Below are positions 50,278 to 63,736 of a DNA stretch of 64,000 bases, in pieces. The DNA is from Octopus vulgaris (taxonomy: Eukaryota). Every line of letters starts with the position of its first letter. Positions within the stretch are counted from its first letter, which is position 1. A program made the position numbers and the translations under genes. The stretch is taken from assembly GCA_951406725.2 (NCBI GenBank), contig OX597822.1:21452001-21516000 (forward strand), read 5' to 3'. The notes under the pieces were generated by a model. That model saw only the letters and a program-made list of their open reading frames with translations. It was not told where the DNA came from and ran no database searches.

Positions 50278-50477
50278 GTAGATGGATAGTGAGTAGATAG
50301 GTAGGTGGATGTGTAGGTCGGGTTGGGTAGGGTAGGTTTTTGAAAGAGTAGGTTGGGGGGGGACTTGTAACTGAATTAGTAGTTCACCCAATAGATATTT
50401 ACAGTTCATCCAAATCTATAATACACATACCAAAAAATATATCAACTTCAAAACCTTCAATTTAATTCTCATTGACA

Positions 50478-50888
50478 TTCTCTTTACTCTTTTACTTGTT
50501 TCAGTCATTTTACTGCAGCCATGCTAGAGTACCGCCTTTTAGTCGAGTAAATCGACCCCAGGACTTATTCTTTGTAAGCCTAGTACTTATTCTATCAGTC
50601 TCTTTTGCTGAACCGCTAAGTTACGGGGATGTAAACACACCACCGTCGGTTGTCAAGCAATGGTGGGGGGACAAACACAGACACACAACCATATACACAC
50701 ACATACATATATATATACATATATACGACGGGCTTCTTTCAGTTTCCATCTACCAAATTCACTCACAAGGCTTTGGTCGGCCCGAGGCTATAGTAGAAGA
50801 CACTTGCCCAAGGTGTCACGCAATGGGAATGAACCCGGAACCATGTGGTTGGTAAGCAAGCTACTTACCACACAGCCACTCCTGCACC
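50478..50888 (-). mobile_element. SINE family A, full length
   Basis: Near-identical to 22899-23348. Confidence 0.92.
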
Positions 50889-52197
50889 TTGAGAAAATTT
50901 TTAATATACTCCTGATATACATGCAGCTACTCATATATTTATATCCTCACCTTCCAATAAGTATGAACATCTAACTTGTGTAAAAAAAATCATTATAACA
51001 TTTTCGATAGACTTTTTTTGTGACTGTGAAACTCACATGACTTGTAAAAATGAAAGTCATTGTATGTATGTTATCACAAGTTTGATGGAGATAAAATGTA
51101 CAAATATTTGTATTATATTTTCCTGAAACTCATTTGTCATGCATTTTATACTCCTCCATCAAATGTTTGCACAACACATGCATAATTCACATCAATTTTA
51201 ATTTAATTTTTGATATAATATTTAAAATTCTAATTACCGTCTTAATAATATTTCTTATCTTTTAAGTCTTGTAGTTAATATAATTTTTAAATTTATATTT
51301 TATTAATACCATTACGATAATATTTCTTATCTTTCAAGTTGCTGTGCATTTGTGTGTTTTGTCTTTTGTTTGTTTTTTAATTGAAGAGAGGACAAACTGC
51401 AAATACTGACTAGACAGCCATTCACAAGAAACCAACGAAATGACAAAGATATATTATATCTTGCTTTTTTCCTTTTTCCTTCATTCTTTCCATTCCTTTT
51501 TTTCTTCTTTATTTCTGCAAGTGGGTACACATAATGTTCACTTTAGATTTCATTGTTATTGGGTATGTATTCATCAATAACAATAAAGAAATAAACAACC
51601 TTTAACTCTTGATGCTTAACCAACCTTCCTCTGCTATATTTTCAATATACAAACCTACTATGTATGACTGCTTGCTTTTTGGCCCTTTATGTACGTGCTT
51701 TTCAGGTCACTACATCCTCAAAATGGTATTGGAAAGTAGGAAGAGATAAACAAAGCTAGATTAGTATAGAGGCAAGCTGTGTAATACAGAGGAATTTGGA
51801 TATGACTGTATATTTATCTGTGTTGAAAAATTATCCAGATGAACAATATGCTTCCATAATTTTGATAATTTGGAAGGAATTTATAAAAAAACTTTGAAGG
51901 CATACAAACTTTGTGACCCTAGAGTTTAAACCATCACTTTTACTTTGTCAGTCTGCATTCAGAATCCTTTTTCAGGCAACTGACAATGATTTTTAAACAT
52001 CTTTTGTAGTAAGAAGCACCTTTTACAAAAGTAATATGTAGCGCATAAACAAGAAGTCTATTTATCTCCCTGTGTCGCACTGTCTCCATAAACTTTGCAA
52101 AATAACTGTGGAATTTTCACAAGTATTTCCAGCGTCATATGCCTGCACAAACACACACAGACACACACATGTGTGCACGCACACGCACACACACACA

Positions 52198-52636
52198 GAT
52201 CATCTTTTAACATCCGTTGTCCATGCTGGCATGGGTTGGATGGTTTGACCAGGCTAACTTGCTGGAATGACATGATTTGGCATGGTTTTCTATGGTTGGA
52301 TGCCCTTCCTAATGCCAACCACTCTGATAATGTAATGGGTGCTTTTATATGCTATGAGCACAGGTGCCATTTGCACGACACCAGGGTACTTTTAAGTTCC
52401 ACTGGCACAGGTACCAATTTGCATGACACCAGTATCTGTCACAACTGCAATTTTGCTCAGATTGATGAGTCTTCTTCTCAAGCACGATGTAATGCCAAAG
52501 GTCTTGGTCAATGACTCCGTGAGGCCCAACACTCAAAAGGAACTCAGCCACTTTGCCTCTGTGAGGCCTAATGCTTGACAGAAATTCCGCCACTTTGCCT
52601 CCATGAGGCTCAACACTCGATATGTACTCAGCCACT
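52198..52636 (-). mobile_element. RTE-type 3' UTR element with a 42 bp internal tandem repeat
   Basis: ttaacatccgttgtccatgctggcatgggttgga; gtgagg..gccactttgcctc units starting 52519, 52561 and 52603. Confidence 0.75.
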
Positions 52637-52701
52637 CAAAAGGTGTTCTTTACATACTACCAGCATATCTGTCTGTTTGTCTGCCTGCCTGTCTGTCTGT
52701 C

Positions 52702-52777
<76 letters not shown>

Positions 52778-52781
<4 letters not shown>

Positions 52782-55380
52782 CGTTACTAGAAGACAACTG
52801 GACGTTTCTAAGGGACAACCTGCTGAGAGCCACTGACCAGATCTGTGGCTGGTGCAAAGTCCCCTCTTGACCTAGAATAACATGGTGGTGGAACAATGTT
52901 GTAGACAGGGCTATTAGAGAAAAGAGACAGGCCTGGAAGGACTGGAAAAATGGGGGTAGCAGGGAATTGTATCAGACTGCCAAAAGAGAAGCTAGGAGAC
53001 AGGTTTATTTAGCCAGATAAGAAAAAATTATTTAGCAGATAAGAAAAAATTTGCCAATGTTCTGCGCCTTGAGGAGCAAAGTCTCGAGGTATTTCATGTT
53101 GCAAGACAGTATGTGGGAGAGAAATGTGTTCGCATGGATGATGGTTCCCTTGCGCTAAATGAGGATGCAGAGAGAGAGGTGAGGAGACGCCACTATGAAA
53201 GGTTGCTGAATAAGGAAAATGAATGGGATAAAGAGAGTCTGCCGAATGTCGACCCAACAGAGGGACCAGCTATCCGAGTTGACAGTTCCTTGGTAATTAA
53301 GGCAATTAGAAGCATGAAGACAGGTAAAGCCCCATGCCCATCAGGAATTACTGCAGAGATGCTCAAAATATCTGGTAGTGTCGGCTATAGCCTAGTCACC
53401 CGTATAGTTAACCAGGTTATACACGAAGGAGTCATACCCAATGACTGGTGTAGCAGCATAATAGTCAACTGCTACAAAGGTAAAGGTGACGCCCTAGATA
53501 CAAATAATTACAGAGGTATCAAGCTGTTGGATCAGGTAATGAAGGTTACGGAGAGGGTCATAGCCCAACTAATTAGAGAGAGAGTTAGTTTAGATGAGAT
53601 GCAGTTTGGATTCGATGCCATATTCCTGGTAAGACAGCTGCAGGAGAAATATCTAGCCAAAGATAAGCCCCTGTACCTGGCTTTCATTGACATGGAGAAA
53701 GCCTTCGACAGGGTCCCTCGATCCCTTATCTGGTGGTCAATGAGGAAACTAGGGATATATGAATGGTTAGTGAGAGCTGTGCAAGCCATGTACAGGGACG
53801 CTGCTAGTAAGGTGAGGGTTGGCAACAAGTACAGTGAAGAATTCCGGGTAGAGGTAGGGGTCCACCAAGGTTCAGCCCTCAGCCCCCTCCTATTTATCGT
53901 AGTCCTCCAGGCAATAACGGAGGAATTCAAGACAGGATGCCCCTGGGAGCTCCTCTATGCTGATGACCTTGCTCTAATTGCTGAGTTACTATCAGAACTG
54001 GAGGAGAAGTTTCAGGTGTGGAAGCAAGGATTAGAATCGAAGGGCCTTAGAATCAATCTAGCTAAAACCAAAGTCCTAATAAGTAGGAAGGTAGACAAGT
54101 CACAAATGCCTTCAGGTAGATGGCCCTGCTCGATCTGTAGAAAAGGTGTAGGTAGAAACTCTATAAGATGCACCAAGTGTAAGCTATGGACACATAAGAG
54201 GTGCAGCAATGTCAAAGGAAGGCTAACTAGGAAGATGGTTTTTCTATGTGGCAGATGCTCAGGAGCAATAAACACTGAAAATGCGCAGAGAGCAACTTCC
54301 GCCACATTCCAGGGAGAAAAACTAGAAATAGTTGATAGCTTCCGTTACCTAGGTGACCAAGTAAGTAGCGGGGGCGGGTGTGTTGAAAGTCTAACTGCTA
54401 GAGTAAGAATAGCTTGGGCAAAGTTCAGAGAGCTCTTACCTCTGCTGGTGACAAAAGGCCTCTCGCTCAGAGTAAAAGGTAGACTGTATGATGCTTGTGT
54501 ACGAACAGCCATGTTACATGGCAGTGAAACATGGGCCATGACTGCTGAGGATATGTGTAAGCTCGCAAGAAATGAAGCCAGTATGCTTCGATGGATGTGT
54601 AATGTCAGTGTTCATACTCGACAGAGTGTAAGTACCTTGAGAGAGAAGTTGGACCTAAGAAGCATCAGTTGCTGTGTGCAAGAGAGACATTTGCACTGGT
54701 ATGGCCATGTGGCAAGAATGGATGAAGATAGTTGTGTGAAAAGTGCCACACCCTAGCTGTTGAGGGAACCTGTGGAAAAGGCAGACCCAAGAAAACCTGG
54801 GACGAGGTGGTGAAGCACAATCTTCGAACTTTAGGTCTCACCGAGGAAATGACTTGAGACCGAGGCCATTGGATATATGCTGTGCGTGAGAAGATCCGGC
54901 AGGACAAGTGAGACCATCACCTATGGCCTCAGTCTACTTATGCATACCTTTCCTTCTTGAGACACAAAACCCTACTTGTGAAGACCTGTTGAGGCAAGTG
55001 AAAATCAAAAATCAAAATTGATCAACATGAATGGAAATTGTCGCTGTGATATCAGTGCTGGTGGCACATAAGAGAACCATCTGAACGTGGCCGTTGCCAG
55101 TGCCGCCCTGACTGGCTTCCGTGCCGGTGGCACATAAAAAGCACCATCTGATCGTGGCCGTATGCCAGCCTCGTCTGGCACCTGTGCCAGTAGCATGTAA
55201 AAAGCACCCACTACACTCATGGAGTGGTTGACGTTAGGAAGGGCATCCAGCCATAGAAACTTTGCCAGATCAGACTGGGCCTGGTGCAGCCTTCTGGCTT
55301 CCCAGAACCCAGTTGCACCGTCCAACCCATGCCAGCATGGAAAGCGGACGCTAAACGATGATGATAATGATGATGATGAT
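52778..55380 (+). mobile_element. RTE-clade LINE, 5'-truncated, relatively young, with 3' UTR and (GAT)n tail
   Basis: Linker WWWNNVV..AIREKR, long RT ORF, C-terminal GTCGKGRPKKTW, UTR units, cggacgctaaacgatgatgat. Confidence 0.95.
53113..54756 (+). pseudogene. Reverse transcriptase ORF of the RTE LINE with inserted PHD-type finger
   Basis: KGKGD..NYRGIKLL, QFGF, FIDMEKAFDRV, GVHQGSALSPLLF, LLYADDL, FRYLG, MLHGSETW; no APE domain in this copy; frameshifts at both ends. Confidence 0.93.
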
Positions 55381-55414
55381 ATGTGTGTGTGTGTGAAAGA
55401 GAGAGAGTGTGTTG

Positions 55415-56150
55415 TTGTTAGCAAGAAGTCAGATAAGACTCTCTTTCCATCAGGTAAATGACCCTGCTCAATATGTAGGAAAGATGTTGGAAGAGGTTAT
55501 ATTTGTTGCACCCATCACAAGCTATGTAAGAGGTGCAGCAGAATCATAGGTAGGTTAATACAGAAAGTCTTTTTCGTATGAGACAGATGTGCAGAAACAA
55601 AAAGCAACGAAGGACTCCCAGGAATTAGACTCTCTCAAATGCTCTGGTGACTCTCTTCAGGTTGTAGATAGTTTCTGTTACCTAGGTGAGCAAATAAGCA
55701 GTGGTGGAGGATGTTCTGAAAGTATTACTGCTAGAATAAGAATAGGATGGAGGAAGTTCAGAGAGATATTACTTCTGTTGGCAACAAAAGGATTCTCTCT
55801 CAGAGAGAAAGGCAGATTTTATGATGCTTACTTCATGGTTATGAGACATGGGGTCTGAATGCAGAAGACAAACATAGACTAAAGAGGAAAGAAGCTAATA
55901 TGCTCCAATAGATACACAATATCTGTAGGCATGTCAGACAAAGTGCTTATGTGTTGAGAGAAAAGTTGAGCATAAGCAGAATCAAATGCAGCATGCAAAA
56001 GAGAAGTGCTGATGGGAAGAAGTAGTGAGGACTGATCTCAGGATGCTGGGCCTCATGGAGGAGAGGACAATGGACTAAGATGTCTGGCTATATGAGCTTC
56101 TTGAGAAGGCCTGCCTCACTCAGCAAAACTAAGGTCTGTGAGTGTTGTGT
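55415..56150 (+). mobile_element. Older RTE fragment of the same PHD-containing lineage
   Basis: FPSGK*PCSICRKDVGR...KRCS.IIGRL...LQVVDSFCYLGEQISSGGGCSESITARIRIGW. Confidence 0.85.
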
Positions 56151-56814
56151 AACATTAAGTTTACACACACTGTACCCAGACAAACCAAATTATATCTTCC
56201 TTTCTCCTCTTCCTCATATTTCCCCTTTTCCATGTTCTATGCTTATCCCTCACTCCCCACTCTTGCAACTCAATCCTGTCATCACTGTCCTACCTACTGC
56301 ATCATTGTTATCCTGTTGTTCTCACCTCCATATACCTAGGTTTCACCAGTCACTACATTCTCTCCCTTCCTACCTTATTGCATTCACATGAATTCCTTAC
56401 TGATGCTCCCTTAGCAGTGATTTACCATCTAATTCACATTTTCATCTCTCTACCTTGATAGTATGCCCTGGCACATTGCTACCATCTATCTCACTCTTGT
56501 GCTCTCTCACTCACTCTTACTCTCTTTCATTCATGCTCTTTCATTTTTGCTCTCTTCCACTCTCACTCACTCATTCTTGATCTCTCTTCTTCTTCTTCTT
56601 CTTCTTCCTCTAGACGCCCCTACAAAAACGGTCCCATACACTAACTCAGAGACATGTATAAACATATACAAACTTACAAATGGGTACATCTCCTTTCAAT
56701 CGTTTATATTAACCATGTTCCTCCTGCAAGGAAGACACCTGTTTCTGTCCTTCTGTCATACTCTAATTCTCATCACTTGGCACAAAGTCACCGCCTCCAG
56801 TACCCCCCTCCCTC

Positions 56815-57142
56815 TCAAAGGATCTTAGTCTTGCAAGTTACTTGGTGACCATACCAGTGCTGGTGCCATGTAAAAACTATCCGGTCCATACTGTAAAGAG
56901 ATTTGCATTTGGAAGGGCATCCAACTGTAAAAACCATGCCAAAGCAGACTTTGTTGATGCTGGTGGTATGTAAAATGCACCCAGCCCACTCTGTAAAGTG
57001 GTTGGCATTAGGAAGAATATCCAGCTGTAAAAACCGTGTCAAAACAGACAGTGGAGCATGGGGCAGACCCTGATTTGCCAGCTTCTGTTAAATTGCCCAA
57101 CCCATGCCCATATGGAAAACAAGCATTTGATGATGATGATGA
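56815..57142 (+). mobile_element. RTE 3'-tail element (family C) with internal duplication
   Basis: gtgctggtgcc..taaaa..ctgtaaag..gcatccaactgtaaaaacc occurs twice; (GAT)n tail. Confidence 0.75.
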
Positions 57143-57407
57143 TATGAGTGCTTGGGTTTAGGGATGCCAATATGTCCATTTTGGTGGGAATGTCAATGTG
57201 AAATATACTCGTTTAAGATTTTCGTTATTTTATTTGGATTCATTATAATTATATTTATTTAAAACTTTTGATGTCTCATTTTTTGCAACAGTCAATTTTG
57301 TAAATCATTTTTTAATGTTTCTGCGAATGTTTTTCTTGTTGGCTTTTTGTTAGTAGGCTTTTAGCCCTGAGTATACCTTGATCAATCAGACCTGTGATTA
57401 AAGGCTT

Positions 57408-57527
57408 TCTTCTTCTTCTTCTTCTTCTTCTTCTTCTTCTTCTTCTTCTTCTTCTTCTTCTTCTTCTTCTTCTTCTTCTTCTTCTTCTTCTTCTTCTTCT
57501 TCTTCTTCTTCTTCTTCTTCTTCTTCT
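57408..57527. repeat. Pure (CTT)n microsatellite, about 40 units
   Basis: Direct reading; source of the poly-R and poly-L ORFs. Confidence 0.97.
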
Positions 57528-59189
57528 AGTGTTTAGAACCATCTTTTTTGGGGGTATATCAAATTACATTACCTAGCATATGCCTTTTGTTTCATTAGAT
57601 ACAACAATGTGATCTGATAGTTTGGCTGCTATTTTTAACAGGGTGAATGACCATATACAAGTTCTCTTATTGGCTCAAGTTCTCTCGATTGTTTTAATCT
57701 TTCAAAATAACTCTCTTTTACTAGTTCCAACATTCAGGATAGCTGGCGGCATTCTGGATGTAATATTTCATATTAATTTTAGTGTTTGCCAATCATTTGC
57801 CAATTTTAGTTATTCTGTGTGTATTGTTGCAGAGAATATATTGGAACAGTAATTATTTCTTTTCAAATATAATTTATAGTTGAATTGTCTATATTTTACT
57901 CTGATATTTATATCTCAAGATATAAACTGATAACTTTTTTTTTATTATTTATTTTTCTTTGTTATTTACTTTTTTTAAAATTCTTAATCTGTTAAATATA
58001 TTTCTTTACAAAACTTGTATGTTTTTTTAAGAAAATTCCTGAGAGCATTATAATTTTTGTTGTTGTTAATTAATTGGAAATATCTTTGTTGAATCTCTCA
58101 AAATCATGTGTGATAATATTCACTTTGTATTTTCATAAGCAAGAAAGGATACAGTTTGGGTGAGATTTGATTAGATGAAATACATCGCTTAAAATCTAGA
58201 AGTGAGACACTGTAGCAGAGATGTAAGTAGAGAGACAAGTGCCACAAATAGTTCATTTGCTAAAGAAAAGGAAAGAAACAGCACATATATGATTTAGCTT
58301 CTTAGTGTAAATTCTGCTAATGATTTTTTTGGATGCTGCCATATCTGTGTGATTAAGAAGTTTGCTTCAAAATCATGTGGCTTTTGGTTTGATCCTAATG
58401 TGTGGCACTTTGGGTTTTTTTCTACTACAGCCATAAGCTGAGCAGTACCTTGCAACTGGACTTTAATAAATAGAAACAATGCAAAATTTGTCATATATCA
58501 TCATCATCATCAGGCATCATCCCATCATCATCACAACCACTGTTTTATGTTTACTTTCCATGCTAGTGTGGGTCAAAGGGGTTATGATCTGCATGAGTTC
58601 TTATCCAGAGATATTGGCCTGCAAAATGTGTTAGAGTATCATGGCACTTTTGTACCTATCTTTTTTAGTTTGTTTGTTATGGTTGTTGCCTTTCCTCACA
58701 CAAATCTTTTTACAGAGTGCACTGGGTGCATTTTATCAAGGCACCAGTACTAAACATGTGGTTATGTCTTCAGCAAGACAGAAGTGTCCTTTTGACCCTG
58801 CATTATCTCTGCTTATTAGCCAAACAGTTTACAGCAGTTATAATATGCATTTTATCTTAGCACCAACCTTGTGGGATTGCCTTGTACCCAATAATATTGA
58901 AGTGTTCTTGCCATTTTATTTTCATTTATTCAAGAGGAGTAATAGAGGGATTGATGACAATGAAGAAATAAAATTCATGGATGAGATGGGTGACAAAATG
59001 ATAGTAGAAACAGAGTATAGTAGTAGGAGAGTAGCAGTGGGCAGGGGCATACCGTCTTTAGTTACACAAGCATAATAAAGTGGATAGGGGAGTGAGAGTA
59101 AGAGATAAAAGATGAGCAGAAGGAGAATGAGAGGGTATCAAAAGGCAGGCAAGACAGTACATATAGACTTAGCTGGAACTATTGGACTA

Positions 59190-59900
59190 GAGAATGGGTT
59201 GTTGCCATTTCTTATATGAAGCTCAACATCATGAGATCAGTTTTCACCTGTTTGTTCTGTGACTTTTTAAGTTTCTCTCTTCCACTACTTCCATAAATTT
59301 TGAGTTCCACACACTTCTTTATTCAACGTTCGTTTTCTACACACATAACTTGGTTGGACCAACACAGTCTTCTCCTGTGTATTACATCTGATTTTTCTTA
59401 TTCCTAATTTCCCTCTCAGCTCATTCATAGACCTACTTTTATGCACACTGACATTACACAACCAACAAAGTATGCTCATTTACTTGCATTCTAGTTTTCA
59501 AAAATCATTTGCATGCAGAGCCTACATCTTATCATCACGCAGCATCATAGTCCATACACAAGTGTCATTCAAATTGTCTGTCACCCTCATCGAAAATCCT
59601 ATATAGCCAGCAAAACTAATGACTCCTTGAACTTCTTCCAGCCTGTTGTTATTTGACTACAAAAGTTTTGGAACACCTACTCCACTGTAAATTAGATAAC
59701 CAAGGTAACAGAAACTATCAAATGCTTTTAAGTGCCTTCAGTCCAGTTAAGAGAATCGGTTTCTCAAGTAAACTCAGCGTTTATTGCCTATGTCCACCCC
59801 TTAGCATTCAAAGTCAACCACCTCTGTAGATTACTTGTAAGTCTGCTATATCATACATGCATTAATACTCTAAACTAGGTACAGCAAAAGGATTGCTATC
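59190..59900 (-). mobile_element. Decayed RTE fragment
   Basis: ORF 59285-59479 SILCWLCNVSVH....ELRGKLGIRKIRC parallels SMLRWMCNVSVH....TLREKLDLRSISC in the 53113 ORF; FDSFCYLG-like segment near 59700. Confidence 0.7.
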
Positions 59901-62900
59901 TATTCCATTTCAGCATTTTCAGCATGGCAGTTTTCCTGATGCAGTCAGCATTCTGTCTGCTTATTCATCACTAATACTTAAGTCTTTGCTAAGTTTCCTT
60001 TGGGATTCCTTGATTCTAAGTTTCACTTCCAGATCTGAAAATTTTCTTTTAATTTTAATACTGACTCAGCTATGAGATTTATCTCATGACTCTAGTTTCA
60101 TGCCATGGTGATCTGCAGGGGTGAACTGTTACAACACAGCTTTGTCATTCATTTATATTCAATAGTGATGGTGTGATGTCTTTTTAGTGACTGTAGATTG
60201 GTTTCTTTTTTGCAAAAGATTTTGTGCTCTATATTAGCTATTTTTATGGCAAATGTTTATTTATATTTGTTGGTTAGGAGTGTATTTAACTGTTTATATT
60301 GCAATTTGCTTATTTCTCTTGAGGTTTTGGAGAAATTTGTCTCTTGTTGGATTTATTTGTGAAATTCATTAATGCTATTTGTTTGCAAAGAATGTTTATT
60401 TATTGTTATATTTGTCAAGTCTATGTTTTCATTAGAGAAGGTATTCATTTATAGAAAACTTTGTGAAGCATTTCATGTGTACTGGTATTAGGATTCCTGC
60501 TTGAGTGATTTTTCTTCTGTGGATATCTTTGTTGATGCTTGTGAGTGTGTGTTCATGTCTTTTGTATGTAGTTCAATTTTGTGGATGATATTTTTTTTTA
60601 TCAAGGCATATATTTATTTGTTTCTTTGAAATTGCCAGTATGTATTTATGGGAGAGTATATATAATATATATATATATTTAGCTGGGGTATGATAGTTTT
60701 GGCTTTTTGTGATTGTTTTATCCTGATTCACGTTCACAATATAATTTTTCAAAATGAATTTATTTTGGTGTCTATAGTGTGAGAAGTTTCATTTGGTGTG
60801 TTTTCATGCTGTATTTCCTTATGATGCACGTGGGGAAATTTTTGAAAACTATTTATATGTGATGGTACACAGTTTATTATTTCCCTTTTCATGTTTGTGG
60901 TTATTTCTTTTCTATAAACTTGCAAATATATCTGGATGGAGAAGTTATGTGTTTTGTGTTTATATCCCACTATGAATGTGTGCATGGTGTATGTGTCTTT
61001 GAGGGCTCCAGTGAATGTGCTGAGGTTGCTTTGTTTATTGGCTTGTCCTTCTTTTAACATTGTTGCTTTGTGAGCTATTTTTTGGAAGCTTTTGCATTAT
61101 GAACATGTTTGCGCTTTTGTGCAGTTGCATAGGTTTGTGCTTGTGTGTGTATTTTTTTATCTTTTTGGCTTATGAGGCCAGAATTTGTTTGATTTTCAAA
61201 GCATTTAGGCTGTGAGTACAAGACTCCCCACTGAATGGAATATCAGTCACAATATTAATCCCACAAAATTGTTTTGGTATACATTTTCAGCTGAGTGTAT
61301 GGGCTAACCATTAAATGAAATACCTTTCTCAAGAACACAATGCACTCCCCAATCCACAGCCTAATGCATTTGAGCCCAATACCATTAACTTACCTTCACA
61401 GTGGGTTCCCATGTTGTTATTAGATTATTGTATATTATGTTTTATGCATCTTGTTCAGCTTCAGCTAACTTTTGTATTGTTCCTATTGCATGGTTTGTTG
61501 CATTTGTGTTGTTAGGATGTGTTTAGTGATTGGTGCTGGAAGGCATATATACTACACCTATTTTTGCATTTAATCTGAAGAGTGTATTATCCCTATCACA
61601 CAGTATCACTGGTATTGCAAAACAGCTTAAAATATAATCTCTACCATATTCCTATTACGAGTGTAATGAATAATCATAGAAAAAGAAGATAAAATACTAA
61701 AATTAGACAACTGACCATGATGCTTTGCAGTCAAGTGTGGTTATTATTCATTGTTAATGATGTCCCCCATAGCTATTACTTATTTTTGCTTTTAAATGAA
61801 AAAATTGTTTTTGTGATGAAACAAGCATATGATGAGCCCAATACTTTGTCTGGCAAATGAGCAAAGCCTGGACTTTTTACAGTTGTGGAAATTGTTGATG
61901 ATATTTATTCTGTGGATGAAGAGTTTACCCCTATGCAGACAATGAGAGTAATTCAGACAAACTAGTAAAAGTGATGAAGAAAGAAGCAATTTGGGTGAAC
62001 AAGTGTGGTAGTTGAGAGATAGGTCTATTATTGTTATTCTCCTAATTCTTTTTGTAATTCTATTCATTTAGCAATCGCTATTCTTGAGTTATGTATGCAA
62101 CTATTTTTGTTTTTACTCAAGAACCCAAATGGAGGCCAAAGTTAGACACAGGGGCCCAGGCCAGAGAGAGTTAAGAGTATTAAACAAATGGTGTTGTTAT
62201 TGTTTTTGTTTAGCTTGTTTGTGAATTTTGAGGTATATATTTTAGTTTGTCTTTGAATCAACTAGGTTTTATGGCTTATTTATAGAATGGTGTAGCTTTA
62301 TTAAATCATTTTGTGTGATGAAATTGAAGAGATTCTCTGGCTTATACTGCTAAGGTTTTCATTATCAAAGGTGGGGTATTATTATATGATATTATGTCAA
62401 GATAATTGGTTAGGTTTGCTTTGCTGATTGTTTTAGGTTGCAATTTTTAAGGTGCTAATTATATTTTTCCTGAGCTTATCTCATATTTTGGGAGATGGCT
62501 AGGCTGTTACCCCAAGTACACCTCTAATGGATTTCATAGGTATTTGAATTCCTCACTCAAGCTCTAATAGTTTGCTAATCTCCACTCCATAGTAGCATAC
62601 CCTTGTGATGCCAAAGAGTTCATTTACCATTTTTTAACCTAAGATATATTGTGGAACTGGAGAAATTTGTGTTCATAGACAACTATATGTAGTTGCTGTT
62701 CACTGATAGAAATGAATGTCTCAGCAAATTTTGATGCATTTTTATAATAAGAGTTTGCCAACGAAAGGGAAAAGGTCAGTGATGTTAAATGCATATGTAA
62801 GCACATATACTTAACAAAATACTTTAGCAACATTATCTACTCATAAATAATTGATATAGTAGGTCTTATTAAATACAAAATACATACACAAAAATATATT

Positions 62901-63334
62901 TAGAAACATTTCAATCATGATCAAAGCATATTTCAAACTCACAAATATATGCACACAGAAACACTAACAAAGAAGCCCACCTAAAAAATTCTCTCCAGCA
63001 GGAATCATAATACCAAGACACATGAAATTCTTCCTAAATTATTCCATAAGAAAAGTCTTCACTAATGACAAAAACGACGCTTGATCAAAGATCATGCAGG
63101 CAGATTGTTCACAAAAATGTAATTTTTATCAGACACTCTATAAAGACATTCTAAGGATTTCAGTGAAAAAAAGAAAAACAGATTGAAGGGATGCTATCAT
63201 TTTCACCATCAACAAAAGTAAAATCTGCAAAACTTATTGCTTTAGCATTAGTGGGTCCATTGATGGGAAGGTCCTGGGTAAGGCCATGTTTAAAAGAGTT
63301 GTCCAGACAATACATCATACATACAGACATGCAC

Positions 63335-63505
63335 ATAGGTGCAGGCTAGGCTGCATGGTTAAGAAGTTTATTTTCTAACTACGTGACTTTGGGTTCAATC
63401 CCATGAGATAGCACCTTGTGCAAGAGAGCATTCTACTGTAGCTCCAGGCTGACCAAGTAGATTTTGGAATATGAAAACTAAAAGAAACCCATTGTAAATA
63501 TATAT
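63335..63505 (+). mobile_element. SINE family A, 5' part
   Basis: ggtgcaggctaggctgcatggttaagaag...gggttcaatccca...gcaccttgtgcaag. Confidence 0.7.
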
Positions 63506-63736
63506 GTTTGTGTGTATACACTTCTCTTGACATCACGTAATTGTTGTTAATAAGCATTTCTGTTATACAAACTATGTTGTGTCTTATGAGTCTTCCAATG
63601 AAAACATGCCAGACCATGCTTAGAAACAGGTGAAAGCTGATGACAGGAAGGACATCTAGCTGTAGAAAATTTGCCTCAACAAGCATGGAAACGTAAGCAT
63701 AGGAATGTGGAGAGTAAATGATTACATATATATATA

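Noticed and set aside
57312-57576. Poly-Arg / poly-Leu ORFs
   Set aside because: Translation of (CTT)n.
61790-62175. Possible piggyBac remnant ending agagag-TTAA
   Set aside because: No matching left terminal repeat or recognisable transposase motif found.
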